Part shown: piece by piece, positions 1 to 8,500 of the stretch
Numbering within the stretch: the first letter of the stretch is position 1
Layout of the letters: each line of letters opens with the position of its first letter
Assembly (NCBI GenBank): GCA_049511795.1
Contig: JBEKXS010000001.1
Coordinates: forward strand, 60,001 to 92,000
DNA: 32,000 bases
Origin: Candidatus Saccharimonadota bacterium
GTDB taxonomy: Archaea; Nanobdellota; Nanobdellia; Pacearchaeales; GW2011-AR1
Reading direction: 5' to 3'
Made by a program: the position numbers and the translations under genes
Notes under the pieces: generated by a model
What the model saw: only the letters and a program-made list of their open reading frames with translations
Database searches by the model: none
What the model was told of the DNA's origin: nothing

Positions 1-1
1 A

Positions 2-325
2 TTAGCTAATTGGTACGGACCTGTATTAGCTTATGCAAATTTAGAAAAAAAAGATCAGGATAAAATTCTTGCAACATTAAATGAGCATGATGAAACTTTA
101 AATGCAATTAGAGAAGCTTCTGAAAAAGCAAATTACATTGTAGATGCTCCTGATGGACTTTTCACTGATGAGCAAAAAGATAGGGCAAAGAAACTTGTGG
201 AAAAATATCAAAAAGTCTTGCTTGTAATAAATGTTCTTGACAACTATAAGTTTGAATCATTAAGAAGCGATGCAGTCACTGTAACAAGCGCAACAGATTT
301 AAAGGGTCTAGCTTCTAAACTTTAA
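2..325 (+). CDS. hypothetical protein, 3' fragment (5' end lies outside the window)
   Basis: Frame is open from the window edge to TAA at 323-325. Translation runs ..LANWYGPVLAYANLEKKDQDK...DLKGLASKL. No recognisable catalytic motif. Confidence 0.45.
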   Translation, partial: LANWYGPVLAYANLEKKDQDKILATLNEHDETLNAIREASEKANYIVDAPDGLFTDEQKDRAKKLVEKYQKVLLVINVLDNYKFESLRSDAVTVTSATDLKGLASKL

Positions 326-369
326 TTTTATTTTAATTTATATTAATTTGTAAAAAATTATACATTTTG

Positions 370-417
370 GGGCTTATTAAGCATTGATTTTTGTTAATGC
401 TTGCCCACGAAATTTTT
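370..417. terminator. GC-clamped hairpin plus T-run between convergent genes (copy A of a repeated element)
   Basis: GGGC(370-373)/GCCC(403-406) clamp an inner perfect stem AAGCATT(379-385)/AATGCTT(396-402). TTTTT follows at 413-417 and a T-run is also present on the opposite strand. It lies between the stop at 325 (+) and the stop at 426 (-). Confidence 0.5.
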
Positions 418-425
418 ATATTCAA

Positions 426-1277
426 TTATTCAATCAAATCCTTGACAAGTTGTGCCATTACATCCAAGAATTCTTCTGTCCTGTCCTGCCAAGCATCAAT
501 TTCAATACCACGAAGCTCATTAATTTCTCCGTGAGCTATTTTTTTATGAAGAACGAGCAAATCCCTGTACCATATTACATATTTCATGTTAAGCTTTTTT
601 TCATCGACAAATGTTGTTTTCAAGTCAATTCCAACATGCTCTGGCGAAGCAGGAGGAACATTTGCGGCTATGAGTGCAGCATGAGCTGAATCAACCATCG
701 CCCAATACAATCCTTCTATTGAGTTTAATACAGAAACTTTGCTTCTCATTATATGCATCGGAGCTCTCTGTAGTGCACTATATATTGCTTCTGGAGTTGA
801 TTTTATTTTTCCTTTTAATAAAAGACTTTTTAATGGGTCAAAAAATCCAGCCATATCAATCATTGCCTCTCCATAACGGAGAACATTAAGTACAACAGGA
901 TCTCCGCGCATCAAATCTTCCCACCATGTGCTTAGCTTGACAGTATTTATGTGCAAAGCCATTTGGTAAGGATTTGCCTTTATTATTTTTTCAAGCTCTT
1001 CCCTGTACCATGCAATTAATTCTTCATCCCAGTTTATTGCAACATCATCAAGAAGAATTATTATGTCAATATCAGACCCTGTCACAGCTGTCTGTTTTGC
1101 AGTTGAGCCAAAAAGAACAACTGACTTTATCAGCTTGTCAAATCTCTGGTAAGCTTTTGTTGCAAAATCCATTGCAATGTCACTTTCTTTTTTAAGCTGT
1201 AATGTAGGAATATTTTTTGGAATCTTCGGAATTTTTAATTTAGAATTTGCTTTCTTCACAACTCTTTTTTTTGCCAT
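426..1277 (-). CDS. nucleotidyltransferase-domain protein (Pol-beta/MNT-like NTase) with Lys-rich N-terminus and helical C-terminal domain
   Basis: ATG at 1277. NTase motif GSTAKQTAVTGSDIDIIILLDD (G-S...D-x-D). The C-terminal ~130 aa is helical and could be HEPN-like, but I see no clear R-x4-6-H motif. Confidence 0.7.
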   Translation of the reverse strand: MAKKRVVKKANSKLKIPKIPKNIPTLQLKKESDIAMDFATKAYQRFDKLIKSVVLFGSTAKQTAVTGSDIDIIILLDDVAINWDEELIAWYREELEKIIKANPYQMALHINTVKLSTWWEDLMRGDPVVLNVLRYGEAMIDMAGFFDPLKSLLLKGKIKSTPEAIYSALQRAPMHIMRSKVSVLNSIEGLYWAMVDSAHAALIAANVPPASPEHVGIDLKTTFVDEKKLNMKYVIWYRDLLVLHKKIAHGEINELRGIEIDAWQDRTEEFLDVMAQLVKDLIE

Positions 1278-1327
1278 TTTATATGCTACAATATATATTA
1301 TCCAATATAGTTTTTAAATTTACTCAA

Positions 1328-3133
1328 TTACTCCATCGGTCTTCCAGACATTCTGCTTCCTTGAGCTCCAGGAGATTGTCCGCCAAGTTCTGAAGGAAGT
1401 CTTGAAAATCCTGAACCAAAAGTTTCATAATTTATCTGAGGAAGCCAATTTCCTGCAAGCCCTCCCTGATATCCTTGGTATAATCCAGATGCCTGAGACC
1501 AATAAGGCGCCATTTTCATACTGTAAATAGGAGAACCTAAAGATTCAAGATTTTCTTGGAAAGGAGGTGTTCCGAAATGCTTCCACCAATGCCCCGCTTC
1601 AATGATTTTTCTTGCATCATATCCTTTTTCTCCAAGCTTTTCCATAATTTGTTTGAAGGGAACATTTCCCATTCCCATTGGGAGCTCTGTGTGCTCCATT
1701 CCAAAATTATCAGAAAGATGAATTTGTTTTAATACGGGAGCGACTTTTTGAGATTCTTTAACTATATCTTCTTCTGTATAACCATATCTTCTGAGAATAT
1801 TTATATGTCCCACATCCCATGTCGCACCAATTAGTTTGTTTGCCTGTTTTCTTGCTTCATCTTCTGTCATACCAGATTTTTTGGCATTGTCTATGAAAAC
1901 ATCTCTTGTTTTCTCAACAACAGCTCTTACATCTTCTCCTTTGCTTAATGCATGTGTTGCAGGAGGATTTTCTATTACAAGAACAGGAGATGTATCTTTG
2001 TATTTGGAGTATGCTTGCCAAGCAGCGTTTCCAAAAGTTTCTGCAGTTTTTTTAATCTGAAATTCTTCTAAAGGAACCCATAATTTAGGAGATTTTTCTT
2101 CCAAAACTTCTGTCATTTGTCTTAATGCTTCTGAATATACTTTTGGATTAAGGTATCTATTCGGATTTATTTTGCCATCTTCCATTATCCCAACAGTTTT
2201 TCCATAATCCTCTGAAGCTTTTTTTAATTCGTCCATCCTTTTTTGGTCACCATCCATTTTTGCAAGCTCATATGCTTTGCTAAAAAGAGAATCAGCTGAT
2301 ATTCTTGCCTGGTCTATAAATTCAAATGCCGAATGTATTTTGCCAATTTCTGCCCTTTCTTCTTTTGAGAATTCGTTTGGATTAACTGCTCCTGCCTTAA
2401 GCTGTGTGAATTGTTGTATAAACATTGGGTGCACATCATGCATAATTCTTTCTGCGTTTTCCCTGTTAACTTCAACCTGAAAGAGCGAATTCTTCCATTC
2501 TGTATTGTTTGCGCTATCAAGGCGCATTTCAGGAGTTTTGGTAAATTCCTTTATTTCTGATCTACCTGGATGAAACTCCTTTTCTGCTTCCAAAGCTGTA
2601 ATTCTTCCTGACTCTCTATTTATTGCCATAAGCTTCTGATATTCTTCATTTTCTTTTCTTTTAGCAGGTGGAAGAAGTTCTGAACCCTGTATCCCCTCTG
2701 ATGTATGAAAATTTACAAAAATATTTCCTTGTGGATTCAAATCATGAGACCTTAACAAAGCTTCTGCAACTTTTCTTTCTGCAACCTCCCTCTCTGATTC
2801 ACTAAATCCTGAGCGAGGGTCAATGCCTGCAACATCTATTACAGGTCCATGCATGGAAACATTAACTCCGGTCAGTTTTGCCATTCTATTAACTTCTCTT
2901 AAATGAGGCTGGGGCATAGAATCAAAAACTTCCGGAATAACAGCGGTTACGTCGACATTTCTTGCACCAGAGGAAATAGTTGTATTAATACTTTGCAAGA
3001 TATTTGCAGTATCTGGTTTTGTCGTCATGCCAAGGCTTCCTGCCCTAGAATAAACATTGTCAGGAGGAACCATTGTAGAATAACCTCCCTGATAAATATC
3101 TGATATTGTATAACCTCTTTTTTCCTCTGCCAT
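1328..3133 (-). CDS. xylose-isomerase-like (AP endonuclease 2 family) TIM-barrel protein with a large internal insertion and a Gly/Gln/Ser/Tyr-rich tail
   Basis: 601 aa, ATG at 3133. N-terminal half-barrel motifs (..VNVSMHGPVIDVAGIDP.., ..NIFVNFHTSEG..). C-terminal half (..PVLVIENPP.., ..WDVGHINIL.., ..IHLSDNFGMEHTELPMGMGNVPF.., ..IIEAGHWW). The two halves are separated by ~250 aa of charged, helical sequence. Confidence 0.6.
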   Translation of the reverse strand: MAEEKRGYTISDIYQGGYSTMVPPDNVYSRAGSLGMTTKPDTANILQSINTTISSGARNVDVTAVIPEVFDSMPQPHLREVNRMAKLTGVNVSMHGPVIDVAGIDPRSGFSESEREVAERKVAEALLRSHDLNPQGNIFVNFHTSEGIQGSELLPPAKRKENEEYQKLMAINRESGRITALEAEKEFHPGRSEIKEFTKTPEMRLDSANNTEWKNSLFQVEVNRENAERIMHDVHPMFIQQFTQLKAGAVNPNEFSKEERAEIGKIHSAFEFIDQARISADSLFSKAYELAKMDGDQKRMDELKKASEDYGKTVGIMEDGKINPNRYLNPKVYSEALRQMTEVLEEKSPKLWVPLEEFQIKKTAETFGNAAWQAYSKYKDTSPVLVIENPPATHALSKGEDVRAVVEKTRDVFIDNAKKSGMTEDEARKQANKLIGATWDVGHINILRRYGYTEEDIVKESQKVAPVLKQIHLSDNFGMEHTELPMGMGNVPFKQIMEKLGEKGYDARKIIEAGHWWKHFGTPPFQENLESLGSPIYSMKMAPYWSQASGLYQGYQGGLAGNWLPQINYETFGSGFSRLPSELGGQSPGAQGSRMSGRPME

Positions 3134-3191
3134 TTTCTAAATATTATGGTTAATATGTTTTAAATAGTTTTTTAGACGGGGAATTGAAATA

Positions 3192-3833
3192 CTACCTCCC
3201 TGATTGAAGTTTTTTTGGATTATACTTTTGGTATTTTATCTCTTCCTTGTCTTTGTTAGTTCCTGCTATGGAAGTATCAAAGCGCCTCATTCTTTCTGTT
3301 CTTTCCAATGAGCCCGAATTAAAACCAAAATCCTCTCTTGCAGAGAATCTTTCAGCAGCATCCCATGTCGTACCTATCTCCCTTCTTTCTCTACCTAATC
3401 TTGAGGTGTCAACATTTTCTATATCTGTTTCTACATGTGTTGACCCTGTATATGTTGCTTCTCCCGACTGATTTGTTGATGGCATATATTTTCCTTCTTC
3501 CGTATTTTCTTCTCCAGAAATTGCATTCGTTGTCTGCGGAATCCCTCCAACAAAAATAGGTCTTGGGGCAGACAAAGCCATTCTTTCAAGAGCAACAGAG
3601 CCTTTTTCATCTTGTTCACTAGGAAGTTTCATAAACTGATTAAATTCAAGATTTTTCAGGTCAAGATTTGTCATGTCAGACTCTTCTGTTTCTAGACCTT
3701 CTTCTAATTTCAAGCCTTCCAAATTTAGGTCAAAATCTTCTATTTTATCGCCTAACTTAATCTTATCGCGCTTACTATTATTAGCATTTTTCTTGTCAAC
3801 TTTCTTGTTTTTTGGCATGAATATTCTAGACAT
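3192..3833 (-). CDS. hypothetical acidic, probably disordered protein
   Basis: 213-aa ORF, co-directional with both neighbours and tightly spaced (58 nt and 23 nt gaps). Composition looks coding. No motif recognised. Confidence 0.5.
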   Translation of the reverse strand: MSRIFMPKNKKVDKKNANNSKRDKIKLGDKIEDFDLNLEGLKLEEGLETEESDMTNLDLKNLEFNQFMKLPSEQDEKGSVALERMALSAPRPIFVGGIPQTTNAISGEENTEEGKYMPSTNQSGEATYTGSTHVETDIENVDTSRLGRERREIGTTWDAAERFSAREDFGFNSGSLERTERMRRFDTSIAGTNKDKEEIKYQKYNPKKLQSGR

Positions 3834-3856
3834 AAGAAATATATAAAATTAGCTGA

Positions 3857-5308
3857 TTAAGTATAGCTTGGCATGCCGTGGGCTTTTTTGTAGACATCAA
3901 AAATTCTGAAATCTAGCTCTTTTGCTTTTTCCTCTGCAAGTGGCCTTAAAACATTTGCTTCTGCATATGATTCTTTTTCAGGCCACCAGGTTTCTTTTTT
4001 TTCTGGTCCTTCTTTTTTGCTTTCCTCTTTTCCTGATTTTTTGTTATATCCCCCAACAAGAGCCACGAAAGGATTTGATGTGTCTTTATTTTGTTCTTCT
4101 TGTAGCTCATCTTTGTCTTCCATGAAGAATTTTATTTCATCCTGAATTGCATCTAAACTTTGTCCTGTGGAGCCCTCGATAAGCTTCATGACATCATCAA
4201 CATCTGAATTTTCAACTTCTTCCTTAAACTTTGCAAGTTCGTCGCTGTTTAATACGTAAGATTTGAATGTAACATCTGCGCGACCACCAAAAGCGTAATG
4301 AGACTGCTGAGCAATCCTTTGTGGAATTCCTCTGAACTTGAATTCAACAAGAGTGCAGGCATAAAACTCTCTTTTCAATTTCTTTTTTTCAAATTCTTTA
4401 GGAAGATTTCCAGCAACAGCTTCTTCATCTGCCTTAATTTGTTGCTTTCCGAAAAGAGTGAGCTGAAGCATTATTGTATTAAATGTCTTGACAAGGGCAG
4501 GTTCTTTGTCCATGTCTTTCATTTCAAGCTGGGCAGCTGCTTTCAAATATGGCTTTGCCCAACGAGCATAAAGTTTCAGTGAATTAACCTGACTTTGTAA
4601 GTATGATTTTTCAAGTTCATATCTTTTTCTTAATTCTTTTTCAGAATTATTCAGCCAATCATTAAATTCTAAGATTCTTGGTCTTAAAATTCTCTTAACT
4701 CTGTCATTCAAATCAATTTTATCTATATCTTTTACATCTTTTGCAAAAAGGAATGCATCAATAAGTGTCTGAAATCCTGCTTGACCCAAAGCCATTGCCT
4801 TTATACTTGAATTTCCTTTTGTAATATCTACTTTGTCCATCCAAACTTGCTTTAAAGCGAGAATTGCAGCCTCGCGATTTTTTGTTTTTAAATCATCATA
4901 TTGACTGAGCCTTATTCTGAATTCTTTCAAGTCATAGACAAGGTTAAGCATGCTTCGCATAACAGTGTTGACATCTCCAAGAATTTTTGTTCCTTGCTGC
5001 TGCATTATTGTTGCCCTTTGCCCCATTTCTGAAAAATGGCCTGAACCAGGAGAAGATGCAAAATTATCCTCAAGCTTTTCTGTCTGAAGCCTGAAATCAT
5101 TCATCATGTCAAGAATGAAGAAATAAATTGGTTCCAAAGTTTCTGATGAAGAATCATAAACAAGCCCATGCTGCGAAAGCGGCTGTTCTTCAACCTTGTC
5201 TGCAGGGATATCTGCAGGAGAACCATATTCTTTCAGAAGCTCTTTTGCGTTTTTAGCATATTTGCCAGGATTTATCTTTCCTATAATCTGCCCGATTGTA
5301 GCGACCAT
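3857..5308 (-). CDS. hypothetical protein (about 483 aa, largely helical/coiled-coil, charged C-terminus)
   Basis: The ORF track begins at a TTG (5323). The first ATG is at 5308 (MVATIGQIIGK..). No P-loop or other motif I can name. First gene of a co-directional three-gene set. Confidence 0.6.
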   Translation of the reverse strand: MVATIGQIIGKINPGKYAKNAKELLKEYGSPADIPADKVEEQPLSQHGLVYDSSSETLEPIYFFILDMMNDFRLQTEKLEDNFASSPGSGHFSEMGQRATIMQQQGTKILGDVNTVMRSMLNLVYDLKEFRIRLSQYDDLKTKNREAAILALKQVWMDKVDITKGNSSIKAMALGQAGFQTLIDAFLFAKDVKDIDKIDLNDRVKRILRPRILEFNDWLNNSEKELRKRYELEKSYLQSQVNSLKLYARWAKPYLKAAAQLEMKDMDKEPALVKTFNTIMLQLTLFGKQQIKADEEAVAGNLPKEFEKKKLKREFYACTLVEFKFRGIPQRIAQQSHYAFGGRADVTFKSYVLNSDELAKFKEEVENSDVDDVMKLIEGSTGQSLDAIQDEIKFFMEDKDELQEEQNKDTSNPFVALVGGYNKKSGKEESKKEGPEKKETWWPEKESYAEANVLRPLAEEKAKELDFRIFDVYKKAHGMPSYT

Positions 5309-5391
5309 ATACAGAATAAACAACTCTCATTTAAAAAATGTTCTTTGCCTCTAATAACTAAATTTAAAAATAAGTCCAGCCTATAGTGATT

Positions 5392-5757
5392 ATGTCGTTT
5401 TTAGGTTTTGGAAAAAAGAAAAAGATTCTTGATTTGACAGAGGGTTACAGTCAAGCAGAGAAAGTAATGCAAGCAAACCAGGCAAAAAGAGATGCTATGA
5501 CTTCAAGTTCTACAGAAAACAGTTTTTCAGGAACAACCCCTTTCTCTGTTTTTGATTCTCCAGGTGCAATGAACTCTAGTTCAGGCTCAGACGATTTTGA
5601 AACAGCAGCAACGCCCGAAGAAAGGAAAAAAAGGCTTGCAAAAAGAATTTTGAACATGACAGAAAGAATCGAGGATTTGTCAAACCAGGTTTATCACTTG
5701 CAGCAAAGAGTTGAAGTTTTGGAAAAGAAGGCAAACATAACAAGCTCTGAGTATTAA
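5392..5757 (+). CDS. hypothetical small protein: Ser-rich low-complexity middle, C-terminal coiled coil
   Basis: The track ORF starts at GTG 5386 and the ATG is at 5392. A TATA-like ATTTAAAAATA lies ~25 nt upstream. C-terminal heptad-like stretch RILNMTERIEDLSNQVYHLQQRVEVLEKK. Confidence 0.5.
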   Translation: MSFLGFGKKKKILDLTEGYSQAEKVMQANQAKRDAMTSSSTENSFSGTTPFSVFDSPGAMNSSSGSDDFETAATPEERKKRLAKRILNMTERIEDLSNQVYHLQQRVEVLEKKANITSSEY

Positions 5758-5788
5758 GATTTATTAATTAAGATTCTTTATCTCAATT

Positions 5789-6409
5789 ATGATATTAAAA
5801 ACCCAAAGATTAATCTTAAGAAAGCCGAAAATTTCTGACTGGAAGGACATTGTTGAAGGGTTAAAGGATGTTAGCGTTGCAGAGGGTTTGGAAGAAATCC
5901 CCCATCCATATAAGAAAAAAGATGCATTAATTTGGATAAAAAAAACGATTGAAAGATGGAAAAAAAAGAAAAAAGAAGTTTATACTTTTATGATAGAACT
6001 AAAATCGGAAAAAAAGATTATTGGTGGTATAGGACTACATAAAGTTGATAAATTTGTAGGAACTGCGGGAACAGGCTCATGGATAAACAAAAAATACTGG
6101 AGAAAAGGTTATGTTACAGAAGCTAAAATTGCTGTGAATGAATTTGCTTTTAACAAGTTAAAATTAAGAAAGCTTTATTCCTATGTTTATACAGATAACA
6201 AGGCCTCAAATAGAACACAGAAGAGTATGGAGTATAAATTTGAAGGCTGCTCAAAAAAAGGGTCAAGAACCAGAGCAACTGGAAAGATAAAAGATGTCAA
6301 TATATATGGTCTTTTCAAAGAAGATTGGAAAAGAAATCTTCCAAAACTTAAGAAGAAATTAAATGAAAAAATAAGAAAACTGGAAAAAAATGACAATGAA
6401 AGATTTTGA
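5789..6409 (+). CDS. GNAT family N-acetyltransferase (RimJ/RimL-like)
   Basis: N-terminus is typical of the family (LKTQRLILRKPKISDWKD). Acetyl-CoA binding region ..IGLHKVD...GSWINKKYWRKGYVTEA... Lys-rich C-terminal tail. Confidence 0.75.
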   Translation: MILKTQRLILRKPKISDWKDIVEGLKDVSVAEGLEEIPHPYKKKDALIWIKKTIERWKKKKKEVYTFMIELKSEKKIIGGIGLHKVDKFVGTAGTGSWINKKYWRKGYVTEAKIAVNEFAFNKLKLRKLYSYVYTDNKASNRTQKSMEYKFEGCSKKGSRTRATGKIKDVNIYGLFKEDWKRNLPKLKKKLNEKIRKLEKNDNERF

Positions 6410-7607
6410 CAAAAAAATAAAGGCATATGCACTGAAAAATGCAATTGCACATGATGGGAAAGCACAGACAGGCAGTGTTATTTCTTCGCTTTTCAACGAC
6501 GGCTTGAAACCAGAAGATGTAAAAAAATATGCAAAAGAAATCAATAAGACTATTGAAGAAGTAAATAAATTACCTTTGGATAAGCAAAAAGAGGAATTTG
6601 AACAGTTTCAAAAAGTTGTCAGCCACAGAGAAGGGCGTGAGGGTCTTCCTGAACTTCCTGGAGCTAAAAAAGGAAAAGTAATAATGCGATTTGCTCCATC
6701 GCCATCTGGTCCATTCCATGTTGGTCATGCTCTTACAGGCAGCTTGTCATATCTTTTTGTGAAGAAATACGGCGGAATATTTTATGTAAGAATTGAAGAC
6801 ACAAATCCTGAGAATATTTATCCTCAGGCATATGACATGATAAAAAAGGAATCAAAGTGGCTTTTCCCTGGGAAATTCCTGAAAATAATAATTCAGTCAG
6901 ACAGAATGAAAATTTATTACAATCTGGCGGAAAAATTGATAAAAAAAGATGTTGCATATGTCTGCACATGCTCACAAGAAGAATTCAAGAAATTTGTAGA
7001 TAATAAAAAAGAATGCCCTTGCAGAGGAATCAGCCCCAAAGAAAACATGGAGCGATGGAAGAAAATGCTTGACAAAAAAGGCTACAAAGAAGGTGAAGCT
7101 GTTTTAAGATTCAAATCAGACATGCATGACAAGAACCCTGCAATGCGTGATTTTCCGCTTGCAAGAATAAATTTAGCAGCACATGCAAGGCAGGGAATCA
7201 AATATAGGGTTTGGCCATTGATGAATTTGGCTGTAACTGCAGATGATATTGATTTGAAGATGACTCATATAATAAGGGCAAAAGATCATAGGGACAATGC
7301 AGAAAGGCAGAAAAGAATTTACATTGCGCTTGGATTGAAGGCAAAGGTTCCCTGGACAGGATTTTTGGGAAGAATAAAATTCACAGATTTGGAGCTTTCT
7401 GCGACAAAAATGCGACAGGCAATTGACGCAGGAGAATACAAAGGATGGGATGACCCAAGGCTTCCAACAATTGCATCAATCATGAAGAAAGGGTACAAGC
7501 CTTCTGCTTTCTGGAAGTTTGCAGAGAGAATCGGGCTGTCTGAAAATGACAAAGTGATGGACAAGCATGAATTTTTCAGGCTTTTGGATGATTTTAATCG
7601 AGGATAA
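6390..7607 (+). CDS. gltX: glutamyl-tRNA synthetase-like protein (archaeal/eukaryal class Ic catalytic core), C-terminally truncated
   Basis: RFAPSPSGPFHVGHA (HIGH), YVRIEDTNPE, WPLMNLAVTADD, THIIRAKDH, LSATK (KMSKS position), GWDDPRLPT. N-terminal helical domain (ALKNAIAHDGKA..) as in archaeal GluRS. The ORF stops at 405 aa, where the anticodon-binding domain would begin. Confidence 0.8.
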   Translation: MTMKDFDKKIKAYALKNAIAHDGKAQTGSVISSLFNDGLKPEDVKKYAKEINKTIEEVNKLPLDKQKEEFEQFQKVVSHREGREGLPELPGAKKGKVIMRFAPSPSGPFHVGHALTGSLSYLFVKKYGGIFYVRIEDTNPENIYPQAYDMIKKESKWLFPGKFLKIIIQSDRMKIYYNLAEKLIKKDVAYVCTCSQEEFKKFVDNKKECPCRGISPKENMERWKKMLDKKGYKEGEAVLRFKSDMHDKNPAMRDFPLARINLAAHARQGIKYRVWPLMNLAVTADDIDLKMTHIIRAKDHRDNAERQKRIYIALGLKAKVPWTGFLGRIKFTDLELSATKMRQAIDAGEYKGWDDPRLPTIASIMKKGYKPSAFWKFAERIGLSENDKVMDKHEFFRLLDDFNRG

Positions 7608-7672
7608 TAACATTTTTAAACTAATATTGTTTTACTAAGACAAGTTATTGATATAACTTTAACTTAATCAAA

Positions 7673-7679
7673 AAGGAGG
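7673..7679 (+). promoter_or_regulatory. Shine-Dalgarno-like site for the pilin gene
   Basis: AAAAGGAGGACAA immediately precedes the ATG at 7684. Confidence 0.5.
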
Positions 7680-7683
7680 ACAA

Positions 7684-8145
7684 ATGCAAAACACAAAAGG
7701 TTTATCGGAAATTGTGGCTACCTTGATAATAATTCTATTGACACTTGTTGCTGTAGGAATTATTTGGGTTGTCATAAGAGGCGTAGTTACCAACGGAGCT
7801 GGTCAGATAAGTGTCAGTGCTGAATGTACTGCTATTAATTTGAATGCTGTTTCTGTTCAGGAAACACCTGCAGGATCAGGAATTTATTCAGTTATATTGC
7901 ATAGAGCAGCTGGTGGCGGAAATCTTAGTGGTATAAAGGTTAGCGTTCTTAATGCTAACGGTTCAAGTAGTGGGCCAATGGATTTTGGGTCACTTCCAGA
8001 GTTAGGTCAAAATACTATGTCACTTAATACTGCAAGCTTAGGATCTAATGTAACGCATGGAAACTCAATAGAGTTTACACCATTCTTTACTGATCCATCA
8101 GGAAATCAACAGCTCTGCTCACAAACACAGACATTCCAATTTTAA
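7684..8145 (+). CDS. archaeal type IV pilin-like protein (class III signal peptide, flagellin N-terminal-like domain)
   Basis: MQNTKG/LSEIVATLIIILLTLVAVGIIWVV: a short charged leader, then a G/L prepilin-peptidase-type site, then a hydrophobic helix. The remainder is Ser/Gly/Asn-rich with sequons. A strong T-run terminator follows the stop. Confidence 0.8.
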   Translation: MQNTKGLSEIVATLIIILLTLVAVGIIWVVIRGVVTNGAGQISVSAECTAINLNAVSVQETPAGSGIYSVILHRAAGGGNLSGIKVSVLNANGSSSGPMDFGSLPELGQNTMSLNTASLGSNVTHGNSIEFTPFFTDPSGNQQLCSQTQTFQF

Positions 8146-8376
8146 TTTTTTTATTTTTTAATATCTGTGTTGCGTTTTTTTGTTAGTTAGAAAAATAATA
8201 AAGATGAGTCCCTAAAGGGGAGGATTTATTCGAATATTATAAAGTTTTTACTAATTCTAGAATCTTAAAGAAAGGTTTTAAAAGCCAGTTATTTATAATA
8301 AAATCATGACAGCAATGTCCGATTACCGGCATAATTAGAAAAGATTTCTTTAGCTGTCGCTATTTTTCTGACAAGG

Positions 8377-8384
8377 TTTTTATA
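8377..8384 (+). promoter_or_regulatory. TATA box for tRNA-His
   Basis: TTTTTATA is centred ~28 nt upstream of the tRNA 5' end at 8409. Confidence 0.5.
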
Positions 8385-8408
8385 CCATTTTCACCTGAAT
8401 TAAATAAT

Positions 8409-8480
8409 GGCGGTTGTAGTATAATGGCAGTACGTGCGGTTGTGGTCCGCAAGAAGAGAGTTCGATTCTCTCCTTCCGCC
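8409..8480 (+). tRNA. tRNA-His (anticodon GTG at 8442-8444), genomically encoded G-1, no encoded CCA
   Basis: Hand-folded cloverleaf. Anticodon stem TGCGG/CCGCA with loop TTGTGGT. T-arm GAGAG-TTCGATT-CTCTC. D-arm GTAT..GTAC. G-1 (8409) pairs with C73 (8480). The acceptor stem has two adjacent T-T mismatches. Confidence 0.8.
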
Positions 8481-8500
8481 CTTGATATAAAGAGAATAAA

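Noticed and set aside
1836-3103. Several 60-75-aa plus-strand ORFs inside the 601-aa minus-strand gene (1836-2060, 2277-2480, 2903-3103), and similar nested ORFs in other long genes
   Set aside because: All are antisense or out of frame within longer, motif-bearing ORFs. They have biased composition and no independent signals.
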